NCBI GenBank assembly: GCA_036172245.1
Contig: JAYWIR010000005.1
Coordinates: forward strand, 2,542,001-2,606,000
DNA: 64,000 nucleotides
Origin: Raillietiella orientalis
Lineage: Eukaryota
Reading direction: 5' to 3'
Shown here one piece after another: positions 40,374 through 51,336 of this stretch (position 1 is the first letter of the stretch; every line of letters begins with the position of its first letter). The position numbers and the translations under genes are program-made. Under the pieces are notes generated by a model that saw nothing but the letters and a program-made list of their open reading frames with translations, was not told where the DNA came from and did no database searches.

Positions 40374-43300
40374 TCATGAGAGACGGACGAGATTTCGTAT
40401 CGCTGCTTTGATCCGCTGTTTGGCTGTGTATGTGCGTCCCACTGCATATCCCTAAGAATGAGCAGTGAACAACGCAACGTGGAAGACCTAGAGCCTGTGG
40501 TTCAGAAACTTCCCGCAGCTGGAGCGATTGCCACAACCTGTGCGAGCCCCGCGCCACCGGCCAGGAGCTTCGCGGACGTGGCCACATCTGCGGCCGTGCA
40601 AGAATGCCTCCCTGACCAGGCGGAGTTGCAGGCATATGTAGTCCAGGGTTACAAATCTGCTCTCCGTTACAATGTAAGTGGGGTAGGCAAGGCTGGAGAG
40701 GAGTTCGCGGACGAACTTTTCCGCGTGGGAGTGCAGGAGGAGGACCTCATAGCACTCATGCCTGTTCCAGCATTGGGCTATGTCAAGGTCCGATGCAAGC
40801 AGGCTTCACTTGTGCAGCGGCTCCTTCGCACTCATTTGTCCATTTGCGGGAAAAAAGTTTTTCCCTCCGCGATGGACGAGTCTTTTGTCGTTGTTCTCTC
40901 GGACATAGAGCCGGAGATCCACGACAAACAGTTGAAGGATGCGTTGGTGAAATTTGCCTCCGTTCATGCGGTGTGGAGGAAGTGGAGTTACTACAGGAAA
41001 TTCCCTTCCGTCCACACAGGATTTGCTGCGGTTAGGATAACCGTTCCTAACCGCCGCACGCTGCCTGCCACGCTACAGGTCAACGGCACAGTCGTTCACC
41101 TGTGGTTTGTTGGCAAAACTCGCGCATGCGAGCAATGCGGCAAAGAAGGGCATTGGGGCAAAGAATGCCCTTCACCGAAGTGCCGCTATTGTAAGGAGTC
41201 CGGGCACAAAATAAGGAAGTGCGCGGACATTAAGAAAAAAAAGGAGGCTGCTAGACTCCGGCGTGCCAAAGAGTGCGCAGAGGAGAAAACAGCATCCTCT
41301 AAAAAACAGGGAGGCTCGCGAAACGCCGAAAATAAAAAGGCGCGAGCGCGGTCTCAAAGTCGGCTCCCTCAGTTTCAAAGCCTTAAAAGGGCAATCGCGT
41401 GGCAGGGAAGCCTATTAAAAAAGGACGAGAGGGCTCCGCGCGTACCGTCACTGACCCCGTAGCTGAGTTCGAAAATACTGCTCGCGGAATGGGGTCAGTA
41501 AAACCAGTCGAACCGTGCGACAGCGAGAAAGGAGGACGCGCGAATGAAAATTGCGCGGTAACAGTCTCCTTGAGACCTCTGTCCATTTCGGAGGCTTCAG
41601 TAGGAAACCTCACGAAGGCGGTTGGTCGTCTGACGACAAAAGCCGGTGAGAGCAGCGGTGCGTTGCTTGAAAACACGCCACAGCCAGCTGCATCCTCCCC
41701 AACGAGGCAGTCGCGGAGGAGTCTCCCGACTGCCGCAGAGGCTGCGCCATCGCAGCCTTTTAAGGGCGCAGCGAAAGCCGCGCCCGAGGCGGTTGGGGAG
41801 GAAAGCCCGGAGGAGTTCCTGACGAACATCACGGAACGCCCCGAGGAAACGGAAGGAGCGTGGACGGTGGTGGAAAAAGGGAGGAACGTGAAGTCTCCCA
41901 AAAATTCTCCACAACCTCCATCCAAGAGCCTTTGCAAGGCACGGACAGCAGCGCGTTAAAGAAAACTCGCGCGAAGGTTTCCTCTGCCATTGCAAAAGAT
42001 ACCGCAGCGACTGCTCATAGCGAGAAAGCCGCGATCGCCGGGAGCGATGCCACGGTGACCGCGAAAAGCAAGTGTCCGCTGTCTCATCTGTGAGAACTTC
42101 CGAATCGACACGGCAGGCGAGTCGCGAAGCGCCCGCGCTTCAATCAGTCTCAGAGACGGAGTCTGGTATCACCGCCGAACGTCGGATCACCCGCGGAAGC
42201 CGTAACGCGCCGGGCTAAGGCCCTGAGGTGCGCAGCGCAGGCCGCGAAGGAGCGAGAGCTCACCCAGGAGAGCCAAACGACGTTACCCGCAGACGAGCAC
42301 TCGATTTCGTGCAGTACCATGGAGGACGGTGGCGACTGTGATCTCCAGCCAGCAGTGCTGCATACTGTCCGCTCGCCGGTGCGAGCGGGCAAAAAACCGC
42401 CGACTTCCCAGCATTAATGCGGGGAAGAGCTTCTTCTCTTCGCCTGTCCGTCGCGAGTTGGAACGTGAACGGACTGCAGAACGACGAGAAGAGGCGAATA
42501 GTAGCCAACGCCCTGCACCCCTTCGACCTCGTGCTTCTGCAGGAGATTCACGTAATCTCCGACGAGCAGGCAGCCAAAATCGAGGAGCGTGCCGGCCGAA
42601 CGCTACTTTCGCTGTGAGGCGACGCACACATGTGCGGCGTCGCGTTCCTCGCAAGAGGAAAAATGGCGGAAGCGGTGCGTGGTGTTCGTTTCGACGACGA
42701 CGACGGACGGGTAGGCCAACTTGTTGTCAAGTGGTCCGAGTCCATTGATCTCGTCGTGACGAACATCTACGCGCCTAGTGGCTATCGCTACCTCGAAGAT
42801 AGAATTGCGCTCTTCGAGGAAGTGAAATGCCGCTGGCTCAACAACTCCAGCTTCCAAGTGGCGCACCTCGTCGCAGGGGACTTCAACGTCCACCTGCTCT
42901 CTGACGATTGGAACTGCCCGAGGGAGCGAACGTCGGCCATCGAGATGTGCGCGTCAGTACGCGCTCTCAATTTGATGGTCGGCGTACCAGAGATGGAAAC
43001 TTCGCCGGATCACATCTTCCTCGATGATAACCTGCACCACCGTGTGGGAAGGACAGGAAGATTGCCGTCCGGACTTTCTGACCATCACTGGTTTGAGTTC
43101 GAGCTCTTTCCGCCAGGCAAGGGGCCTTCGTTGAAAAACTGGAGGATGCCGGCGGACTGGCTTAGCCATCCGGAGGCGGCGGATCATCTCCGTCAGTACC
43201 TCCGGACCTTCGTCATCCGCGAACTCGCGGACTAGGATCATTTAAAGATATCAGTCCGCGAGTTCTGCGAACGGTTTCCCTTGCACCGGCTTCCGCGAGG

Positions 43301-46300
43301 CTTTGGAGAAGGCGTCGCCAATAGCAGGACTTGCCTGCAGGCGCGCACCTTTTCCAGACGCGCTGATGTCAGCCGGCTTGCGGATTACAAGGCGAGAGCC
43401 GACCGTCAGGTCTGGCAGTCTGGACTATCTTGCTTAATCGACGAAAGAGGCCTGGAGTGCTTGACGCCAGCCGATATTCGCCGCATTGTAAAAAGTTATT
43501 ACTCCTCGCTATACGCGGAAGCACCTACGGAAAGTCTCTTTTCGGAAATACTACTTTCCCAGGATGCTCCCGTTGTTAGCGAAGAGAAACGCTCACATCT
43601 CCACGAGTCCTTCACGGCGGAGGAAACTTCCTCCACCATCGCAAAGCTCAAGAGACGAAAAGCGCCAGGCGAGGATGGGCTGCCCGCGGAGTTTTATCAG
43701 TGCTTCGCGGAGGAGCACGTCCCCCTGGTGCTTCGCCTCTCGTCGCTGATGAGGGTTTCGGGGATGTCCCCAATTCCTACCGCTCAGCGAGGGTGCGTCT
43801 CCTGCCGAAAGGTGGAGACGCACGCCATCTGAACAGCTGGCGCCCGCTCACCTTGGTGAACTCGGACGTCAAGTTGTTCACCAAGCTGTGGGTTGCACGG
43901 CTAGGGAGAATCGCGCAGTCCTTGGTAAGCGCGGAGCAGACTTACGCTGTTTTCGGGCGGTCCATGGACGTGGACCTCCTGTTGACCCGCACCTGGATGC
44001 AGCTGCAGGAAGGCGTAGCGCAGCAAAGTCGATCCGTGAAAAATGCCGCTGCCAAAGGCTCACGGTATCGAAAGAAGCGGCAGGAGGGTACGCCGAGTGC
44101 ATTGGCGGTCGCAGTCGACCTCCACAAGGCGTTCGATTGCGTGAACCAAGGACTCCTATTGGAGCTTTTGGAAAGCCTGGGTCTCCCGGCGCAACTCCTG
44201 AAGTATTTGCGCGCATGCTGGCGCCACGCGCTAACCTGCATTTCTTTTAGCGGCTGCCACGTGTACGGTATTCCCATACGCAGGGGCATCAGGCAGGGTG
44301 ATACTTTAAGCCCGTTGCTCTTCAGCATCTTCTTTGAGTTGGTGCTGAGGGCGTACAGGCTGACTCTGGAGTACCTGCCTAGCTCTTTCCCGCAAACTCC
44401 TGCCGTGGCTGCCTCTGCAGATGACCCACTTCTTCTACTCCCAAAGTCCACCGCAGCGTCCAGTGTCGAAGATTTCTTTGACCTGATTCGTCGGGGAGCA
44501 GGCGTGAGGGTGAACAGAAAAAAGAGCGTAGTCGTTCCTGTAGGAGCGTCGTAGGAGGGGCAGTCCGACTGGATCCGCCTAAGAATCCCCACGGCAGGGT
44601 ACTTCAAGTACCTAGGCGTTCCGTTGGGCGAACTCGGCGCTGCCGAGGCGTGGTCGGACTGCCTTCATAAGGCTGAGCTGGCCACCAGCCCGTTCATTAA
44701 CGGTAAGTTTACCTTGCCGAAACGAGCGGCTAGTTGGACGACCTCCGTGGCCCCCCTCCTCCGACCCCTGGTTTTTGCCTTGGACGCGCTCAATGAGCGG
44801 GCAAGACGTGTGCTAAGGAACGCTCTCTGGGTTCCGGCGCGATCCAGGATCCGTCTGAAAGACCTCACTGCTCCACGTCGGGATGCTGGGCTTGGCATTC
44901 TTACGATGGAGAGAATCGGACTGCAAGTGCAGTTCCGGATGCTCGCACTGTGTGCCGAGCTATGGACTTCTACCCTGTGTGCGCCTGCGCGCATCCTTCT
45001 AAGGAGGTGTACAGGCAGTGAAGGACTTTTTTCGTTGGTGCCTGGCTTGCGCCACAGGAAATAGGGATTTGGCTATCCCTTGAGGAAAATCGCCACCCTA
45101 TTGGAAGCCAATACGATGATTTCCTGCCTCCCAATGAACTTCAATGCTTGGCAGCAGGAATCTTTTGATTCTTGGGATGCATTCCTAGATATGAGCCGCA
45201 AAGATCTTCGGCCCATGCGTCAATTTTAACCTTGACCACTCCAAGATGTGATGCAAGACGTGGTGAAGTTTGCCTTTCTGACTGCCACGCCCCTCGCCGA
45301 AGCACCCTCTTCCCTCGAGGCTAGAGAAGACAGTAGCCAACCGGCGATGTGAGAGTTCTCTTGCATCATCGCAGGAAGAACGAAACTCCTCGGCGAATGG
45401 GACACGAGCGAGCTGGCGAATGCCGCCACTCCTCGTGCTACATCAAAGTGACAACTTCGGTGGGGAGGAGCTCTTCGGGTTGCCCCCGAGGAACTGATAG
45501 TCCCTCCCGCTGTTTGGACGGTTCGGTGTTTCCCCTTGCATGGAAGCTAGACGTTCTGCTTTTTTTGCACTGGGGTTTCCGCTACAACGAGCGGCGCCAC
45601 GGAGTTTCCGGTGGGATGGCTTCTCCATACTGTGCCCGGTGCGGGGCTACGGAGTCGTTCCCGCACCTTGTTATGGACTGCGGCACCCTCCAGGAACTCT
45701 GGCGAAGGTTAGCAGCAGCTCTCCTGCCACTGGGGGACGCAGCCCGAGAAGTGCTGCGACGTTTCTTCTAACCGCGAGGACTTTCGAGGGCTGCGATGAT
45801 TTCCACAGTTTGTTGCATCCACGCCATGGTCACGGTCCGAGACGTGCTGGAGAACACGGATCAGCAATGTTGTGTCACCAGAAAGGCAGCCGACTTAATC
45901 AGGGTGGCAGCTGCGTGGCGAAAATTGAGTGAAGACGCTACGGAGGAGCTAACTGGCATCCATCGCCGGATGCGAAACAATTCCGAACGACGTACCCTGT
46001 GATCCTGTCGAATTTCCTTCAAACTATCTTTTTGTTGTCTTGTTCCTCCTCCCAGTCGTTCCCTGGTGCTTTGGTGCTTGAACTCTGTTTTTCCCGGTGA
46101 CTGCGGAGCGTCACCAAAGTTCCCTGTCCCATTCCTCCCATTCAGACTTTTCTTTTTTGTTTGTAGTCCCCTCTCCCCCCATTTGCTTAGGTCCTTCCGT
46201 TTTCCTGGCCTGCGTGTCAGTTGTGAATCTCCGTTGTTTTTGTAGTCGTTGGCTGGAAACTACTGTTTCCAGCTAGTTTATATTAATAAACGTCCCGGCG

Positions 46301-46314
46301 TGACCGGGTAAGAA
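40374..46314 (+). mobile_element. Full-length F3 LINE copy 1 (~5.9 kb) with 16-bp TSD, decayed
   Basis: TSD attttaacgttcgctt (40358-40373) / attttaacgttctctt (46315-46330). ORF1 from 40458 (CEQCGKEGHWGKEC, CRYCKESGHKIRKC); TAATG at 42415; EN, RT; AATAAA at 46285 plus hairpin. Confidence 0.92.
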
Positions 46315-46341
46315 ATTTTAACGTTCTCTTTCATGGGAGAT

Positions 46342-46348
46342 GGACGTG
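46342..46348 (+). promoter_or_regulatory. DPE-like GGACGTG motif near LINE 5' ends (representative; variants at 4276, 5277, 17080-, 17314, 21439, 38126-, 40385)
   Basis: Conserved across F1, F3 and F4 5' ends that are otherwise dissimilar; fits the DPE consensus RGWYV. Function is inferred. Confidence 0.55.
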
Positions 46349-49300
46349 GATTTCGGTCACTCCGTTGATCTGCTGTTTGGTTGCGCTTGTGCGTCCCACT
46401 TTCTAGTCCTGCGGATGAGCAGTGAACAACTCAACGTGGAAGTCGTCGAGCCAGTGGTTCAGGAACTTGTCGCAGCTTGAACGATGGTGACAACCTGTGC
46501 GAGTCCCGCGCCTCCGGCCAGGAGCTTCGCGGACGTGACTGCATCTGTAGCCGTACAAGGACACCTCCCGGACCAGACGGAGTTGTAGGCATATGTAGTC
46601 CAGGGTTACAAATCTGCTCTCCGTTACAATGTAAGTGGGGTAGGCAAGGCTGGGGAGGAGTTCGCGGACGAACTTTTCCGTGTGGGAGTGCGAGCGGAGG
46701 ACCTGATAGCATTCATGCCTGTTCCAGCATTGGGCTATGTCAAGGTCCGATGCAAGCAGGCTGCACTTGTGCAGTGGCTCCTCCGCACTCCTTTGTCCAT
46801 TTGCGGAAAAAAATTTTTCCCTCCGCGATGGACGAATCTTTTGTCGTTGTTCTCTCGAACATAGAGCCGGAGATCAACAAACAGTTGAAGGACGCGTTGG
46901 TGAAATTCGCCTCCGTTCATGCGGTGTGGAGGAAGTGGAGTTCCTACAGGAAATTCCCTTCCGTCCACACAGGATTTGCTGCGGTTAGGATAACCGTTCC
47001 TAACCGCCGCACGCTGCCTGCCACGCTACAGGTCAACGGCACGATCGCTCACCTGTGGTTCGTAGGCAAAGCTCGCGTGTACGAGCAATGTGGCAGGGAA
47101 GAGCATCTTGGGAAAGAATTCCCTTTCCCGAAGTGCCGCTATTGCAAGGAGTCCGGGCACGAAATCAGGCAGTGCCCGGACATTGAAAAAAAGAAGGAGG
47201 CTGCTAGACTACGGCGCCCCAAAGAGAGCGCAGACGAGAAAGCAGCAGCCTCTAAAAAACGAGGAAACGCGTGGAAGCCCACAAAAAAACCGGGCAGGAA
47301 CGTGGCGTCTCAAGAGGCTTTCTCTGCCGCAAAGCCCCGAAAGGGAAATCGGTTGTCAGGGAATCCTATTAAAAAAGGGCGCGATGGCTCCGCGCGTGCC
47401 GTCACTGATCCCGTAGCGGAAAGCGGTGTTACCGCCCGGGAATGGAGTCAGTGAAGCCAGTTAAACCGGATGACAGGGCGAAAGGTGGACACGCGAATCG
47501 CACTTTCGTAACAACCGTCTTCTTGAGCCCCTCGTCCATTTTGGGGGCTTCAATAGCAAACCGCATAAAGACAGCTGGATTTCCGGCGTGAAAAGCTGGG
47601 AAAAGCGGCGGCGAGTTGTTTGAAAACACGCCGCAACCAGCCGCATCCTTCCCAACGCAGCAGTTTATCCCCTGTCCGACTTGCGGAAGGGAGAATTTAT
47701 TTATCTTTACACTTTTACAATGGTTTCTCACTTTCCTCAAGTTCCTCAGTTCTTGAAACCTCTGCAAGATATGGCTGTATATCCAACTTGGAATTCCTCC
47801 ACAGCTTCTGATTCCAATTTCTCTTTTCAGGAACCCTTGCAATATTTCCATAGCTGACATCTGGCTCATTCCTGTCCGTATGTTGGCCCTCCTCATCACG
47901 GTGCTCTTGATCAAGTGGACGATGTTAGTGCGGACCATCGGGTTGTATCGTGGAAAGTTGCCGTCCCCTACGAACATGCCAGAGAGATTCTCCATCTTCC
48001 GCAACGACTGCAAGTCTATCACCTGCTTTAGACTAGCCCAGTCTTGGCGCAGAGACAGGCAGGTGAGTACGTGAAGTAGAGTTTTTCTGATTCCACAGGC
48101 ATCGCACTTCTCCTCCAGCGGATTTCCGGTCCAGTGTTTGGTCCCGGTGCCACTCAGTTTGCCACCGTGATAAAACATCAGTCGCTCATCCTGAGTGTCA
48201 GGCAGTAAGTCGCTCGTCCAGACCGTGGTCCCAGCCGCCAGCGGTTCCACCTGGCGGCATCCGTTTAGGTTGGCGCCCGCAGACAGAGCGTCGTCGTCTT
48301 CTGGTTCCTTCATTACTGCTTCTCGTATGTTTTTCCTGGTGATCAGGCGCCAGCAGCTGGATTCTTTATTGTTCCAGACCTCTTGATATGTGTGGGTGAA
48401 TCTTCCCAGTATCTCCGTAGTTAGCCGATACAGCCACATTTTTTGCCGATTGCTACTTAATGCGAACTGCTCGCAGTCCTTTATGGTGATATTTGCATTC
48501 TCGGATATCCACTTCCTGGTGTCCGAAGGGACGTGCAAAAACCACAGGATAATCCTAACCAATTCTCTGTTCCAAATTTTTTCACTTCTAGGCACTATTT
48601 TGAGGTGATGGGTGTTCACCAGTGCTTGTTTCCGTATCCAAGTGGGGTAGATGTTTCTCCACTGTCCTTGTTTTCCTATTAGGGCTGACATCAGGCCTCC
48701 CGAATTGTTGACCAACTGAGAGTAGGGTTTGTGCGCCGCATAGAGCCACTCATCCCATTTGGTGGCAAGATCCAAGATTTGTCGCACATCCAGAAGCTGC
48801 ACGGACCATTTGAGCGACTTTATCCCGGTCCCGCCTTTGTCTCGCGGTCGGCACAAGAGCTTCAGCCTGACCCGTGACTTAAACTCCCTCCATAGTATCC
48901 TCCTTTGCAGTTGTTCAACCTGCCGGCACATTCCATCGTACACTCGATAAAAGGCTGTTCCGAAGAGCAGCTTAGGAAGGAGAACTCCGTTCCACAGCGT
49001 TGCCCTTTGCTTCAGGCAGAAGTCGAGTCGCACGTATTTTGTAGCCTCTTCTCTTCTTTTCCCCAGGATTCCCTTCCACATTTCCTGCGAAGCCGAGGCA
49101 TCTCTGATGTGGACTCCCAGGTACTTGATGTTATCCACTGCTCGGAATCCTGCTTCTGCTAAGGCAGTGAGGTCCAGGATGGGCAACAGCTGGAATATCC
49201 GGGCGTTGATTTCCAAGCCCAAACCATTCTCTGTAGATTCGACGACACGAAGGAACGCATGCTGGTACTTGTCATCCTTCAAGAAGAAGAGCAGATCATC

Positions 49301-49539
49301 CGCATACGCCAGGTGCGTAAACCTGTCGTCGTCAAGGCGTATTCCTTGGATACGTCTGCCATGGTGGACCAGTGACGAAACCGCTTCCATATAAACTACG
49401 AACAGCATCGGACTAAGGGCGTCTCCCTGACGGATTCCCCTTTTCATCCTGATGTCTGTCGTATGATTTCCGTTGATTCTTATTTTGCAGTACTCCCCTT
49501 CGAGATTCTTCCATACGTAGTCAGCGAAGTATTCTGGGT

Positions 49540-51336
49540 TTTTCACCCGGTTGAGCCGGGGCTTTTAGTATTAAAATATTTTCACAATGAAAAGAAAAAA
49601 ATTCCGCAATAAAGTCATTTTCGTTCATAATGTTTGTCTTTTAGCTCATCACATGAGTTTTTGTCGTTCTTGGGCACTTGTCCTTACCGACCCGCAGGCC
49701 GATAAGTTCCCCCACACTGACGCAGGGGCGATAAAATTAAAAATAAAACAAAAAAAAGAAAAACTACTGGGGGGCAATGTTTCTTGAGCGGGGAGGGGAA
49801 GGGAGGGGATCACGGCACGCCGTGAGGAGACCTCTGCATCCCGTTTAGGATGCGAATAAGTGCCGGCAAATGTTTTTGAAGTTGGCGCCAACGGCAGGCC
49901 TTTTCCAAGGAGATGGCTGCACAGTGAATGGCATTTCGACAGGACCTTCCCCTCCTTGACGCGGTTTACTTGTCCAGGAGTGCGCGTATGCAACAGAGCA
50001 CTGCTATACACGCGGAGGCTGGCAAGGCGTCCCGCATCAGGAGGCGTCTAAGAATGTTCTTGGGATCGCCCCCTGGAATGTTCAAGATCGACGACAGTTG
50101 GTCCCACATCTCTCGGAGGGGGACACACTCTGAAATCAGGTGGGGGAAGGTCTCCCGTTCCCGGCACTCTGTGCAGTTGGCATCCACACTCCCCGATGTC
50201 CAGTGAGACAGGGGCGCTCTGCTTAAAAGTCCCCAATGGAGCAGAAGCAAGCCGTCTTTTGCCACTGTAGGGAAAGGGTGCGGTTATTCCAAGCCGCTGG
50301 GGGCCACTTCACCTCCTCCGGAGGTATGTCGAGCAGCGCGCCTCAGCGTAAAAGTCCGTTCGGCGGGACAGTCGGGGTACTAGCGTCCTCTAGTTCCCTC
50401 GGCGTCCACGCCTTCTATAGTTTTTTCCTGCCACCGATGAGGCAGGGCACTTCCCACTATGCCTCCTGTTGGCTGTCCCTAACTTCCCTGAAGGAGGGCA
50501 GCACGGGGGCAAGGGGGGTGAAGGAAGCCCACAGAAGTTTCCGTGGGCTGCGGACGATCTCCTGCAGTGGCTGACCAGCGTGCCTGCCTCTACGGAGGCA
50601 GGAGAAGTCCTCATCGCTGGAGCCGTTGATTTTAGCCCATGCAGAAACGCACTCCTGGAGCCAGGTAGTCCAGTCCGCAGGGATGCAGGAGATCCACGGA
50701 TTGTCTCTCAACAGGGCAACCAAATCCCGTAGCTGAAACCCACAATGGTTCAGGCTACGGTCGTTGGCTACTAGGATTGTGGTCAATCCAAAGCAGCCGG
50801 TCGCCCTGTGAGTGAGGAGTCTTGCTGGCGCACATCATGGCGCTGACCAATACTTTGCCACAAGGGCAAGTTTCCTGAATCGGAGCTGTCGCTCCATGCG
50901 CTCCAACGTCAGGAGACCAAGTCCACTGTCCCTGCGTGGAGCTCACAAGTCTTTAAGCCGGACGCGGGTCCTCCGGTGGCCCCAGAGGGCTTTCCGTATG
51001 AAACTACTTGTCCGTGTCCTAATTTGTGGAGGGGTAGGGCACACAAAAAGTAGGGCGCGAAGGAGGGGGGCCTCAAAAACGTTCCACACCATGGCCCGTT
51101 CCTGCAAGTAAAACTTGCCGTCACGGAACGAGCCGATCGCCAACTCCACCTTTTGGAGATGGTCGGACCAGGCTTCTGCAGCGCAGAAGTCGCCCAACGG
51201 AACGCCAAGGTACTTGATGTACCTGCTCTTGGGGATCCCCAAGCGGATTCAGTCCGACCGTCTGACCCGTGACGAGTCGGTGAAGAGCAACGACGACTTC
51301 GTCCTGTTTACCTCAAGGTCTGTCCCACGGTGCAGC
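49540..51336 (-). mobile_element. 5'-truncated F5 LINE with perfect 13-bp TSD, inside the F6 RT
   Basis: TSD aagtattctgggt at 49527-49539 and 51337-51349; KYLGVP; CTECRERETFPH; terminal ccccggctcaaccgggtgaaaa. Confidence 0.92.
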
